The position numbers were made by a program, and so were the translations under genes. A model generated the notes under the pieces. That model saw only the letters and a program-made list of their open reading frames with translations. It made no database searches and had not been told where the DNA came from. A stretch of 64,000 bases of DNA. Source: Octopus vulgaris (Eukaryota). Shown here in pieces: positions 26,614 to 40,907 of this stretch. The stretch lies in NCBI GenBank assembly GCA_951406725.2, contig OX597824.1, positions 89,962,001-90,026,000 on the forward strand, in the 5' to 3' direction. How positions within the stretch are numbered: position 1 is the stretch's first letter; every line of letters begins with the position of its first letter.

Positions 26614-26985
26614 TTTCTCACAGATTGGGTGCTGACCTTGTACAGGCTGCCTCATGGGCTCAACACAATGGCTTACTACCAAATGGTGACATGCCCTCGT
26701 GAGCAATCACCTGAAATATAAGTTACAGTTTAAAAGTAACTTAAACAATAACCACAGCAACAACAGCAACCACCACCACCACCACCACAATAATAATAAT
26801 AAAAATAATGATGATGATGATGTGAGACCTACTCAAAGGTAATCATTGCCAGACAGAGAAGTGCAAGTCATACCAGTCCTACTTGTCAGTTACCTGTAAG
26901 AGGTATTCGGTTTTATTTGTTAGTAATAATGTTTACCTGGACCTTTGTGTTTATGATGTGTCATTGAGGTTTTAAACATATGTAT

Positions 26986-27481
26986 GACTAGCAAACGCCC
27001 ACCGTCCATCGGATGGTTTGTATAGGTGAAGAAGGTTAACTTGGACGGTGTTATGGAAGTTTTAATCATCCGATGGACAAGCCGTAAGGATTACAAAAAC
27101 AGCGATCCTCACTTTGGAACTGACAATTTTGAAAATCTTTTTAGGTTACAGAATGCCTTGTTCTCTCATGTATCCATGTTTAAAATTTCAGTATTATTAG
27201 ATGAACAATACTCGAGTTTTTGCCAAGCTGCTAAGTTATGTGAATGTAAACAAACCAACACTGGTTAAGCAGTGGTTGAGGGTGACACAAAGGCACACAC
27301 ATGCACACACACACACATACATATGATGGGCTTCTTTCAGTTTCCATCTACTAAATCCACTCACAAGGCTTTGGTTGTCTCAGGGCTATAGTAGAAGACG
27401 CCAGTGGTGCCGTGAAGTGGGACTGAACTCGAAACCAAGTGCACAAAAAACAAACAGACAGAACGGGATTTATATATTAGA
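26986..27481 (+). mobile_element. Possible non-autonomous Helitron/Helentron-type element, interrupted by SINE A (27210-27440, minus)
   Basis: Starts ACTAGC..CCCACCGTCCATCGGATGG (hairpin) and ends ACAGACAG...TTTATATATTAGAT, resembling Lep1/DINE-type termini. Confidence 0.4.
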
Positions 27482-28015
27482 TGAGCCAATGAGGGAGACC
27501 TCTACATGGTAGCCAGACCTGGTAGAAATAACAGCCAAATCTCCCTCAAATCACACCTTAATGTCTTATGTATGTATATATGTATGTATGAGCCAATGAG
27601 GGAGACCTCTACATGGTAGCTAGACCTGGTAGAAATAACAGCCAAATCTCCCTCAAATCACACCTCAATGTCTTATGTATGTATATATGTATGTATGAGC
27701 CAATGAGGGAGACCTCTACATGGTAGCTAGACCTGGTAGAAATAACAGCCAAATCTCCCTCAAATCACACCTGACTGTCTTATTATTGTATATATGTATG
27801 AGCCAATGAGGGAGACCTCTACATGGTAGCTAGACCTTGTAGAAATAACAGCCAAATCTCCCTCAAATCACACCTTAATGTCTTATGTATGTATATATGT
27901 ATGTATGAGCCAATGAGGGAGACCTCTACATGGTAGCTAGACCTGGTAGAAATAAAAGCCAAATCTCCCTCAAAACACTCTACTGTATTATGTATGGATA
28001 TATGTATGTATTAAC
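27481..28015. repeat. 107-bp minisatellite, 5 units
   Basis: Unit starts at 27481, 27588, 27695, 27798 and 27905. Confidence 0.95.
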
Positions 28016-28219
28016 AGTTCTTTGACTTTTTGAAATTGACAACTGTTGCTTTAAGTTAGAACTCAGAACGTAGCGGCAGACGGAATACGGCTACGCATTT
28101 CGCCCGGCGTGCTAACGTTTCTGCCAGCTCACCGCCTTGTGTGTGTTTTCATGTGTGTGTGTGCATTCAAGAATGTGTATATGCGCCTGCAAGTATGTAC
28201 TTTCCAAAACATCCATGTC

Positions 28220-28622
28220 AGGTGTGACTGAGTGGTAATAAGTTTGCTTCCCAACCACATGGTTCCGAGTTCAGTCCCACTTCATGGCACCATGGGCAAG
28301 TGTCTTCTATTATAGCACTGAGACAACCAAAGCCTTGTGAGTGGATTTAGTAGATGGAAACTGAAAGAAGCCCATCATATATATGTGTGTGTGTGTGTAC
28401 GTGTGTGTCTTTGTGTCACCCTCAACCACTGCTTAACCAGTGTTGGTTTGTTTACATTCACATAAATTAGCAGCTCGGCAAAAAGAGACTAATAGAAGTG
28501 CCAGGTTTTTAAAAAAAAAAACAAAAAAAAAAAGAACGAAAAAGCACCAGGGTTGATTGTTTTCAGCTAAACTCTTCAAGGCGGTGCCCCAGCATGGCCA
28601 CAGTCTAACGACTGAAATAAAT
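28220..28622 (+). mobile_element. SINE family A
   Basis: Family A motifs. Confidence 0.8.
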
Positions 28623-29339
28623 GTAAATTAAAATGTCATGAAAACACTATATGTTCTGCTCCAGTTGAAAGACAACAGTCTTTTGTCTAATCCGCAGCAC
28701 AACTTCCCACCATCTGCTGTCGCTACCAAAACATCCTGGTGTTCTCTGACCTACCTCTTTTCTAGCTGCACTCTAAAAGCCAGCCCTGACTGCCTCGGCA
28801 TTTCGTCTAATCTGAACTGCTTCACATCCTGTTGTCTCTTGTCTCTACCTTTGCAATTGCTATTTTCTGTGACCCACTTCAGCTCTCCTAACACATCTTT
28901 ATCCTTACCTCCTCCACGTTTTGACCTATCTTGATTCTGCTTCCAAAATGCTGTGTACGTGTGGTGGGACTGTAGGTTTAAGAAGATTGCTTTCCATTGG
29001 CGTGGTTTCGGGTTCAAATCCCACTGTATAGCACTTTGGGTGACTGTCTTCGGCTATAACCCTGGGCCAACTAAAAAAGCGTTGAGAGTGAATTTGGTTG
29101 GGAGGAACTGAAATGATCCCTTCATACACAAGTGCATGCAAGCACGCACACACACACACATAGACACACACACACTCACACATACACATACAAACACACT
29201 CACACAAACACACACAAACACTCACACACACAAACGCTCACACACACAAACACTCACACACACAAACGCTCACACACACAAGCACACACACTGATCGACA
29301 GAGAGACACACAGACACACACACACACAGACAGACAGAC

Positions 29340-29378
<39 letters not shown>

Positions 29379-29435
29379 CAGACAGACTGATAGACAGACA
29401 GATAGATAGACAGACAGACTGATAGACAGACAGAC

Positions 29436-29466
<31 letters not shown>

Positions 29467-29482
29467 TAGATAGATAGATAGG

Positions 29483-29514
<32 letters not shown>

Positions 29515-30555
29515 TAGATAGATAGATAGATAGATATGGAATATATATTAGAGCCATCGATTAGTGCAACCAGTCACATTACAATGACAGGAATGAGAAT
29601 ATAGTATGAAACGTCCATCTCTTGTCAGTTTGTGGCTTTCCTCTTATGAGTGTCTGATACTGCAGAGGAGATAACCATTCTGAAATGCATGCATCTATCA
29701 GTCTGCTTAAAGGATGTTTCAAGCTGACTCGATGCATTTACGAAGAAAAAAGAAAAAGGAAACTTAGTAGAAGCCTGTCATATATATAAATATCTATGTA
29801 TGTGTGTGTTTGTGTCTGTTTGTCCATCACCATTGCTTGACAACCGGTGTTGGGGTGTTTATGTCCCCATAACTTAGTGGTTCAACAGAAGAGAATGATA
29901 GAACAAGTACCAGGTTTTAAAAAGTATATTAGTACTGGATTCAATTCATTCAATTAAATTTCTTCAAGGTGGTGCTCCAGCATGGCCACAGTCGCACAAC
30001 TGAAACAAGTAAACGATGAAAGATTTTATCTGCTGCATTCCAATTTAGATCTCAAAGCTGAGGTGAGTGTATATGGATAAAATGGCACAACCCAAATACT
30101 CCAGTATCTATTATTACCTATTTTTATTGACCACACAACCCCACCCACCCCTCCTCTTGTACCCGCCCCCTTTCCCACTCCCTGCTGAATTGAAACAGGA
30201 AAGCAAGGTTGAGGCCTTCAATGTTTCATCTGAATGAAGTCCTATTATAGTGAGACAGTAAAGTAATTATACAACTGTTCAATGCTGAGAGGTTTGCTAG
30301 CAATAAATAAAAGAAATGTGTTTCAAGGCTACGTACTGTGTCTCAAGTACTGTAGATCATAATTATATCAGACAGAAAATAGCCATTGAAATAGACATTG
30401 ACAATAAAAAAAAGGATGGTAGATAATACAGTGTTAAACTGATGAAAAAGTAAAATGATGGTGTGTATACAATGTGTCCAATGTTAGAATATATGTGTGT
30501 ATGTAAATACGCACAGACACACACACACACACACATATATGTATATATATATAAC

Positions 30556-30594
<39 letters not shown>

Positions 30595-30644
30595 TAGATA
30601 TATATATACACACATACATACATATGTATATACACAAAATTATA

Positions 30645-30679
<35 letters not shown>

Positions 30680-30788
30680 GGGAGAAAGCGCTAAATGATC
30701 TAAGTGATATGATATATATATAAAAAATGTAATATATAAATAAATATCTGTAAATATAAACCATCCGATCTTCTGATTACCTCATTTC

Positions 30789-30852
<64 letters not shown>

Positions 30853-31350
30853 CACACATATTGACTTGAATGTACAGGCACAGACAAGATTGTGTTGCAG
30901 TTGAGATTTTTACTTTCAAACCATGTGGTGTGGGGTTCAATCTCACTGCATGGATGCCGTCACCTGATGGCCTCTACTATTTCTGCCACTTGACCAATGC
31001 CACGTGACTGGAATTTCATAGACTGAAACTAGTGGAAGTACTTAAACTTTTTCTTGTTTCAGCCATGCTGAGGTACCATCTTGAAGAATTTTTAGTCAGT
31101 TCACACCAGCATTTATATCATCATCATCATCATCATCATCATTTGACATCCGTTTTCCATGCTAGCATGGGTTGGACAGTTTGACAGGGACTCGCAAACT
31201 GGAGGACTGCACCAAGCTCCAATGGTCTGTTTTGGCCTGGATTCTGTGGCTGGACGCCCTTCCTCATACCAACCACTTTATAAAGTGCACTGGGTGCTTT
31301 TTACATGGCACCAGCACAGATGCCTTTCATGTGGCACCAGCACAGTATAA

Positions 31351-32040
31351 CCATGTGTTAGAGGGCGCCAAGGAAGGCATGACAAAGGCAAGGAAATTTC
31401 CACGACTGTCAGCTTGTATGTGCTGAAGTTCAGCTTACCTGGGGCACCAGCAACCCAAGGGCCGGCCCTCGATGTGCAGATACTTCCTCATCCTCCATGT
31501 GCTAGAGGGCGCCAAGGAAGGCATGACAAAGGCAAGGAAATTTCCACAACTGTCAGCTTGTACGTGCTGAAGTTCAGCTTACCTGGGGCCCCAGCAACTC
31601 AAGGGCCGGCCCTCACTGTGCAGATACTTCCTTGTCCTCCATGTGCTAGAGTGTGCCAAGAAGGGTGACAAAGACAAGGTAATTTCCATGACTGTCAACT
31701 TGTACATGCTGAAGTTCAGCTTACCTGGGGCACCAGCAACCCAAGGGCCGGCCCTTGCTGTGCAGATACTTCCTTGTCCTCCATGTGCTAGAGGGCGCCA
31801 AGAAGGGTGACAAAGACAAGGAAATTTCCATGACTGTCAGCTTGTATGTGCTGAAGTTCAGTTTGCACGGGGCCCCAGCAACCCAAGGGCCCTTGCTGGT
31901 CAGATACTTCCTTGTCCTCCATGTGCTAGAGGGCACCAAGGAGAGCTTGACAAAGACAAAAGAAATTTCCATGACTGTCAGCTTGTACGTGCTGAAGTTC
32001 AGCTTTGGAAATGCACTGCAGATGCTTCCTTGTCCTCCTC
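31351..32040. repeat. GC-rich 138-144-bp tandem repeat, about 5 units
   Basis: CCATGTG(C/T)TAGAG unit starts at 31351, 31495, 31639, 31781 and 31919. Confidence 0.95.
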
Positions 32041-32863
32041 GTCATTGGACCCGTGATTGGAGACTTACAATTAATGCCATTATTGATCCCCAACTGAAAT
32101 ATAAAGAAAATGTGAATTGAGAAAGCAGGTTATTAATGTTTAACGATGTCAGTAAACGAATGCATTGAGAGATGACTGATTTGAGTATGAGGTGTGAATG
32201 AAGGTGGATGCAAGCCAAGGAAAAGAGCATCGTGAATTGATAGTAAGTGGTGAAGGTCATGGGAGGAACGCAGATGCAGAAAAACCTGCAATGAAGTAGT
32301 CAAGGTGTTGACCTTGCAGTCATTCTGATTGATTCAGTATCAAAATATGGAGAAGACTGCAGTTAAACTGACAACAATGAGGATGAGGATGAGGAGAAGG
32401 AGGATGAGGATGATGAGGATGATGATGATGAGGAGGAGGAGGGTGGCTGTAAGGCGGGGGGGTGCATGTGTTATTATTGTCTAGTCCCAGGTGATCCTGT
32501 TTGAGCCAACTTACCATGGAAGGCATTCCAGAAATGACCACCATGTCTGTTTTTTTTATTATTCAGGATAGAAGAGTGTAATTCTGAGTGAGATTTGGCT
32601 ACTATTTCTAGTATGTTAAGTGTCCATCTATGGTCTCCCATCATGGCTAATATATTTGTATTTGTTTCAATATGTGTGTGTGTGAGCATACATGCATGGA
32701 TGTGTGTGTATACATGTGTGTGTGTGTGTGTTTGTGTGAGTGTATGCAATTAATAATATGATTATTAAAAAGATCTTATCATGTGATATTCATTCTTTTT
32801 TTCTTTTCTTTTTGCTGACATGGGTTGAATAGGTCAGCAAGTCATCAAATTGCCATTCCTCTT

Positions 32864-32901
<38 letters not shown>

Positions 32902-33236
32902 ATGTCTGATGATCACATGATCACATGTAGATCTACCAATCACATGATTAGAATGTGCATTAATAGCTTTTGAAAGTTTTAAAGACTCTCATATACAGTC
33001 ACATGATGAGCGTTTATCAAAGAGTTTGGAATATTAATGATGCGAAATGCTAACCCATCAATTAATGACTCTGTTTACGATTCTGTGTGTCTGTGTGTCC
33101 ATGCTTGTGAACCCTGCCATTTGATGTATTTGTATACATGTGCTGTGTATATGTGTGCATGTGTGTGTGTACATATGTGCATAGAAATGTGCATTGTATG
33201 TACACAAGTCTATATGAGAGTGTGTGCATGTATCTC

Positions 33237-33432
33237 TATTACTTGTTTCAGTCATTTGACTGCGGCCATGCTGGAGCACCGCCTTTAATCGAGCAACTCG
33301 ACCCTGGGACTTATTCTTTTGTAAGCCTGAACCGCTAAGTAACGAGGACATAAACACACCAGCATCGGTTGTCAAGCAATGCTAGGGGGACAAACACAGA
33401 CACACAAACACACACACGCATATATGTATATA

Positions 33433-33475
<43 letters not shown>

Positions 33476-33637
33476 GACGGGCTTCTTTCAGTTTCCGTCT
33501 ACCAAATCCACTCACAAGGCTTTGGTCGGCCCGAGGCTACAGTAGAAGACACTTGCCCAAGGTGCCACGCAATGGGACTGAACCCGGAACCTTGTGGTTG
33601 GTAAACAAGCTACTTACCACACAGCCACTCCTGCGCC
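33237..33637 (-). mobile_element. SINE family A, young and CpG-rich
   Basis: Close to the apparent family consensus. Confidence 0.9.
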
Positions 33638-33802
33638 TGTATGTGTGTGTGCAAAAATATGGTTAATGTTTGTGTGTGTGTGTGTCCATGTGTCCATGTA
33701 TGTGTATGGACGCAGCATGCATATATTAATCATGAGGTTACTGGTTCAGTCTCAATGAAGGGCATCTAGCATAAAAGCCATTAATAATAACCTTGGATTA
33801 AT

Positions 33803-33970
33803 CAGTAGCATAGCAGGGACAGGGAGGGGCAACGAAGGGTCACTTTGCCCTGGGTGATGCTTTTATAGGAGAGAAACTTCTGGATCTGCTGTTGAAGCCT
33901 GTATTGTCCCCGGGGAGGGTGACATAATGGAAGGGTGCCCCTGGTGGCACACACTCTAGCAATGCCACTG
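33803..33970. mobile_element. Degenerate hAT-like MITE
   Basis: Imperfect TIRs CAGTAGCATAGC / GCAATGCCACTG. No TSD seen. Confidence 0.4.
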
Positions 33971-35229
33971 GAGCTGAGCTCAACCTTGCCAGTGAAATCA
34001 AGAAAATGGAGACTGTGTGGAAGCCATTCAGCTGGACTTTGCCTGTAATTCAAGGGGTTAGCTTTGTTACACACTGCATGATGCTGATCCCGTTTGTAAA
34101 CTGTATAAAAGGTACAAGTATCTATGGAGTACTCAACCACATGTCCACTAATTCAATAAACAATAGTCCAGTCAGTTTTACATCTGAAACCTCATCTTTC
34201 AAACTGATGGAGGTAATTTTATTCACAGGTGAAATCTTACCCCACCCCTATTTTTTTTGGTGGTGGGGGGGATATAAAATAAGTACTGGCGTGCAGACTT
34301 CTTTCACTCCTTCAGCTGGTACATCTTTGAGTCAAAGGCATGAGAGTCAAGATGTTTGTGCCTGCTCATGATTATACTGGTACCCGAAACAGGTGTAAAG
34401 ACATGGACCATACTGCTATGATACTGCAGGGCATACTGCTATGATGTCATACTTGATGGCATGTAATGGCTGAATTAGTTACCTCTACACTTGCACCCCC
34501 CACACATACTCTCTCTCTCTCACATACACACACACTCACACACACACACACACACACACAGTACCATCATCAACCAGTACCACTATCTCCATCACTAACC
34601 ACCAGTTTCAGCACACTTCGCCAACTACTATAAGTCAACAAGGGGATTCTGTGTGGTCTCTAGACCTCCTAGAAATAGCAGCCAAAATCCCTCAAATCAT
34701 AGCCTATCATTTTAAACCGTTAACACACATTCGCTAATTTACAGTAATAATGTAGGATGGTCATGGTTGGACTACTTTTCGATATATGCCAGAAGGTATA
34801 TGAGGGCCATTCTGGGGTTAAACAATAATTGCTAAAAATTACCATTGTGATTGCTACTGCCACCACCACCATCACCACCACACCACTACTACCACTGCTA
34901 CAATCACCATCACAACCACTTCACCACCACTGCCAACACCACAACCATCACTACAGCCACTACTTTACCAAAGTGCAGAAATAATAGAAACACTTCAAGA
35001 CTTATAACAGTGTACCATGAGACAAAAAAAAAACAACAACAACAACAACAAAAGGAACATAAAAATAACAATAATAATAATAACAAAGAACAAAGAAGGA
35101 AAAAAAATAACCGAAAATCAAAAAATGAAAATAAAAAAAAAGCTTCAGACCTCCTCAATGTGCAATGTAGCATAGACTTGATAAATGTCAAGAATGTCAG
35201 GGCAGCTGTGGTAGTGGTGGTCGTGGTGG

Positions 35230-35317
35230 TGGTATGTGTGTGTGTGTGTGTGTGTGAGTATTTATATATATATATATATGTGTATGTCTATATCTGTGTG
35301 TGTGTGCCACATGTAAG

Positions 35318-35348
<31 letters not shown>

Positions 35349-35860
35349 GCATGTATGTATGTATATATGTGTATGTATATATATGTATGTATGTATATAT
35401 ATGTGTATGTATATATATGTATATATACATATATATGTGTATGTATATATAAGTATATATACATATATATGTGTATATGTATGTATATGTATATATATAT
35501 ATATATGTATGCATATATATGTATGGATGTTTGTATGGATGTGCATATATATATATATGTATATATATGTGTATATATGTATGTATATATATGTGCATAT
35601 ATAGATGTATATATATGTGTATATATATATGTATGTATATATGTATGTATATATATGTGCATATATAGATGTATATATATGTGTATATATATATGTATGT
35701 ATGTATGTATGTATATATATATGTATGCATATATATATATATATGTATATACACATATATATCTATGTACACATATATATCTATGTATATATATATATGT
35801 GTACATGTATACATGTTTGTGTGCATGTGTGCTGCAAGTGTATGTATGTATGTTATGTAT
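35230..35860. repeat. Degenerate (TA/TG)n microsatellite
   Basis: Directly visible. Confidence 0.95.
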
Positions 35861-36187
35861 AAAATTACATTTGCATTTGTATTTAAATGATGGAAATACG
35901 GTTTACACAAACCGGCTGCAAGATAGAGCAAAGCTAGAAGATAAAGGCCACGTGCACTTATCATTTGTGTGTGTATAGTTTTTCAATTTTCTCCTGGTTT
36001 ACGGTATTAATGTTATTTTGCGGTTAAAGCTTTTGGCTGTTATTTCTAGTGGGTGAATGGCCTATTATGGCCGTTCCTTGATTGTGATGTTGAACGTAAA
36101 AATGGTTTATGACTATTTAATTTTTTCCTACTAGGCCGCTGGTGGCAAAAGGATTCTACAAAATTTTTTTTTGCCACCCTATATTGA

Positions 36188-36222
<35 letters not shown>

Positions 36223-36292
36223 AGTATACATAAGTGTACATGTATGTATATATATATATACATATACACATAAACATGTATGTGTATGGCTG

Positions 36293-36325
<33 letters not shown>

Positions 36326-36558
36326 TTATGCATGTATGCATTTTTTTACTTGCTCCTGTCATTAGACTGTGGCCATGCTGGAGCATTGTCTTAAAGAGTT
36401 TTAGTCGGACAAACCACCCCATGTGTTTATTTGCTTTTTAAACTTGGTACTTATTTTATTGGTGTCTTTTGCCAAACCACTAAGTTATGGGCACATAGGC
36501 ACAGCGTCACCAGCGCGATCGTGGGGGGCAAACATGAAGACACACACACACACAGTAA

Positions 36559-36597
<39 letters not shown>

Positions 36598-36864
36598 TAT
36601 GTAGTAGAATAATTAATAAAGACAAAGTTCTTGGTACAGTATTATAGATATTTGAAAGAATTTTTTGAGGGGATAATTTTTATTTTAATCTTATTTATAA
36701 TTAGAATATTAATTATTCCCTCAAAAAAAGCCATCTGTACTCATTCTTTCAAACATATATATATATCATGGCTGGTTGCTGACAAATTTTTCTGCTCTTA
36801 AAAGGATTTTATCCCTTATATACACTGTTCAGTATTTACGTGTTGAAAAATATATCTTTCTACT

Positions 36865-36895
<31 letters not shown>

Positions 36896-37013
36896 TGATA
36901 AAAATGGTAAGACAACAAAAGAATGAAAGTGACCTCGATATTATGTAAATAGATTTCAGCCCCGGCATCCAAAACTCAGAGTTTTATCATGACTACAGTT
37001 TTTGTCTACCAAA

Positions 37014-37334
37014 TACGAGGGTGAATCAAAAAGTAATGCCATTTTGTTTAGGACAGGTATAATTACCAACGCAGGAACATGTATCATACATCAAAATGAA
37101 GCTGGTCCTCTGTGGATCACATCCCTACTTCTCAACATAGTCACCGTTTCTCTCAATAGCAATGTTCCACCTTCAAATGAGAGCATGTATCTCTGTCCTA
37201 TAAAATTCTGTTGACTGTTCTTTGAGCCACTTCTTCTCTACAGTTTTCACTTCCTTATCCCTGGAATAATGTTTGCCTCTCAAACCCTCTTTCATGGGGC
37301 CAAAGAGATGATTGACTGAAGGCGCTAAATCTAG
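37014..37334 (-). mobile_element. Mariner transposon 3' fragment (transposase C-terminus plus TIR)
   Basis: Minus translation DLAPSVNHLFGPMKEGLRGKHY...WLKEQSTEFY...RWNIAIERNGDYVEK*. TIR TA-CGAGGGTGAATCAAAAAGTAA at 37014. Confidence 0.9.
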
Positions 37335-37699
37335 TGAGTGTTGTGGGTAGTGAGTGTAGGGTTAAAGGTTATGCTTGTCTTGGGATACTCAACCACTTAT
37401 TCACAAATTCAATGAGTCTGGTTGTTGAATTGATCAAACTGCTGAAAACTGATCGTCAGAGATTCAGGATGGGATCAATTATTGCCACTTTGACATCTTT
37501 CTTGCCTGACCCCCTCCCCTTTGCCCCTCCCCTCTACCAGCTATATCTTTGCTATCCTGCTGCTCTCTTATATACTTGTGTATGGAAGGCATGTGACTTA
37601 CTGGTTAGGAGCACTCAGCCACTTGCATGTTAATTTCACAAGGAGGCTGTTCCGTTGATTGGATCAGCTGGAACGTTCGTCATCATAACCGACGGGGTG

Positions 37700-38225
37700 T
37701 CAGGTTGTAAACCTATGTTCATCACTCACTGTATACCCTTTCTCCACCCCAATCACTTATCCTGTCCACTCCTCTGTACCCCTTCTCTTACATTCACCTC
37801 CTTGTACCTTAAGGGTATGCCCTGGCACATCTTCACCATCGTCTTCTCTCCCTCCACCCTCTCTCTCCGACTGGGGTTGCCATGTATCTCCGCTACAGTA
37901 AGACACCTATTTCTGTTCCTCTACCATAATTCAGCCCCTCACCATCTGGCACAAAATCACCTTTGCTCAATGCCCTCTTCCTCTCAGTTCAGGGGCCTCT
38001 GTCTGGCAACTTATTGGGTGACCTCACTGGTGCTGGTGCCACATAGAAAAAGCACTCAGTCCACTCTATAAAGTGGTTGGCATTTGGAAGGGCATTCATC
38101 CATAAATACCATAGTGTATCAAAGCAGACAGCAGAGCTTGGTGCAGTCCTCTCACTTGTCAGCTCCTGTCAAACTGTCCAACCCATGCCAGCATGGAAAA
38201 GAGCTATTTGATGATGATGATAATC
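37700..38225 (+). mobile_element. Diverged repeat ending in an RTE-type tail (similar to 15880-16345 and 53500-53788)
   Basis: GGAAGGGCATTCA...CCCATGCCAGCATGGAAAA then (GAT)n. Confidence 0.55.
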
Positions 38226-38309
38226 ATGATGATGGTGATGATGATGATGGGGGTATAGATGTATGTATATATTTATATATAATGCATATATACAATATTT
38301 TATATTCAA

Positions 38310-38515
38310 AATGTGACAGCGTGTGTACCGTTGGCAATTTTTTTTTCCTCTGTCTTCCCTTCTCTGGATCTTTCCTTCTCCTATGTTTCCGACAAAGAGC
38401 TCCGCTCAAAACGTTGAACCCTTCTTCTTTCCTGAGCATCCAATAATACTATATTTGTTCCATGTCCTCGTGTTGTTGTGTCTTCTCTTTGTGTTTTTAT
38501 GTTTGGATTAACTAT
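38310..38515 (+). mobile_element. Penelope-like pLTR fragment with degenerate hammerhead (38385-38419)
   Basis: GTTT-CCGACAA-A-GAGC-TCC-GCTC-AAAAC-GTT-GAAC. Confidence 0.45.
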
Positions 38516-39234
38516 GTATGTATGTATTATATATGTATACATGTTTATGTACATGTGTATATACTTATCATCATCATCGCCATTTGATGTCCACTTTTCT
38601 ATGATTGCATGGGTCAGTTGGAATTCATTGAGGCAGATATTTTTTATGGCTGGATGCCTGTCTTGTAACCTTTACTTGTTTCTAAGCAAGGTAACACCTC
38701 TCCATGGCCAGACATGTTAATACAGGAGACCAGAAACAAACAGCACCACTTGCTTAACAGGGATGCTCATTTACAATCATCACATGATGTCAAGACAAGG
38801 GTACAGCATAAACGTGTTCACATACATACTTCCATGTCATCATCATCATCATCATTTCTATTTGAGGCACAAGGCCTGAAATTTTGGGGGCAGGAGCCAG
38901 TTGATTAGATTGACTCCAGTACACAACTGGTACTTAATTTATGAACCTGAAAGGATGAAAGGCAAAGTCGACCTTGGCAGAATTTGAACTCAGAACATAA
39001 AGACAGACAAAATACTGCTAAGTATTTCGCCTGGCATGCTAGTGTTTCTGCCAGCTTGCTGCCTTTGTTCATCATCATCATCATCGTCAGCATCATACAT
39101 CTGTTTTCCATGCTGGTTCGGGTTCACCTTCTCTTGTCGGGATCACTAGCGCTTTCGTTCAACCTCTTTTGCATTTACATTGTTTATATTGTTTACATTG
39201 TAAATAATGTACATAATTCCGCGATTAGTCGATC

Positions 39235-39847
39235 TAATCGACCCCAGGACTAATTCTTTGTAAGCCTAGTACTTATTCTATTGGTGTCTTTTGCCAAACC
39301 GCTAAGTCACGGGGACGTAAACATACCAGCATCTGTTGTCAAGCGATGTCGTGGGGGCAGGTGGAGGGACAAACATACACACACAAACACACACACATAC
39401 ACACATATATATATACATTGTAAATTGTATTCAAGACAAATTCTACTGATGACCTATGGATATGTTATGTAAGTAAAATTGCATAATACATTAATAGCGA
39501 AACAATTGTCTAGAATTAATCTACATTTTTGTTATTTTCCATTTGCCCTGCTCGTTTACGTTAAACGTTGCGCTGATTCTCCTTGGAAACAATTTTTAGT
39601 GGTTGATACCATAGCGGATCTATTTTTAGCGCAAGAGTCGACCATATAGTGGTCACTCTCTTATATTTGTGTATATATATATATACATATATATGACTGG
39701 CTTCTGTCAGTTTCCGTCTACCAAATCCACTCACAAAGCTTTGGTCGGCCCGAGGCTATAGTAGAAGACACTTGCCGAAGGTGCCATGCAGTGGGACTGA
39801 ACCTGGAACCATGTGGTTGGTAAGCAAACTACTTACCACACTGCCAC
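39235..39847 (-). mobile_element. SINE family A with a ~250-bp insert in its (TA)n
   Basis: Tail at 39235-39410, head at 39690-39847. Confidence 0.8.
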
Positions 39848-39860
39848 CAAATAATCATAT

Positions 39861-39901
<41 letters not shown>

Positions 39902-40869
39902 ATTGTATATAATTATATTACCAGACATATTCACTCACACATCCTTTCTTTTCTCCGTTTCTGAACAAAATGTATAAATCTCCTCTGTGACATTTTCTGA
40001 AATTCCAATATAATAGTACCATTATTCCACACCCCCTACCCTCCCTCACCGTCAGCCCCCCCCCCCCCACTGCCTCCTCCCCCTCAGCACTACATCATTA
40101 TCCGCCCCGCCTTCCCCTTTCACCTACCGACCTTTCAACGTCCCCCACCTCCCCCTCGTCCTCTAACTAGTGGGGTGTAACTAGGTGACAGTGTGGCATA
40201 CCACCACCACCACCACCACCACCACCACTACCGCCTCAATCACTCCCTCTCTCTCTCTCTCTGTCTCCCTCATTTCACCCTCTCTCTCTCTCTGTCTCCC
40301 TCATTTCACCCTTTCTCTCAATCTCTCTCTCTCTCTCTGTCTCTCATCCTTCTTTTCTTAACCTCCCACTCTCTTTGGTACCTTAACGTCCCTTTCTTTC
40401 CCCCCCTCCCACCACCACTTCTAGGTCTGTAACAGTCATCTGGCCTGGTTATTACATTGACAAATTAAACACATACACAGAAGCACACACGTGTGAACAC
40501 ACACACACACACACACAAACACACACGCACACACATATATGTATGCACAGGCAAACATACTTACACTTGCAGACACATATGCATATACCTTTACATATAT
40601 GACACACTCACTCACATACACACACACACACACACACATGCATATCCTTATACACAGATGCAAACACATCCATACACACGCAGGCACAGACACTCTTATG
40701 TATTCACACACACACACACACACACATACAATGATACAGAAACTATTTCACACACACATACATACACAGTATGCATTTGCAGACACACAAGAAACATGGA
40801 TAATGTGCATCACATATGCATACACACACATGTATGCATACACACACATGCATACACACACACGCATAT

Positions 40870-40907
<38 letters not shown>

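Noticed and set aside
27481-28015. CRISPR-like regular repeats
   Set aside because: Whole units repeat without unique spacers, in a eukaryotic context with no cas genes.
28751-28950. Open minus-strand frame in unique DNA (AFWKQNQDRSKRGG...)
   Set aside because: Weak acceptor and no recognisable homology.
30049-30062. Apparent micro-exon TTTAG/ATCTCAAAGCTGAG/GTGAGT
   Set aside because: 14 nt is frame-shifting, no partner exons were found, and such matches are expected by chance.
34851-35978. 375-aa ORF and the many similar YIYI/THTH/LSIY/CVCV ORFs
   Set aside because: Translations of stop-free microsatellites with no domain content.
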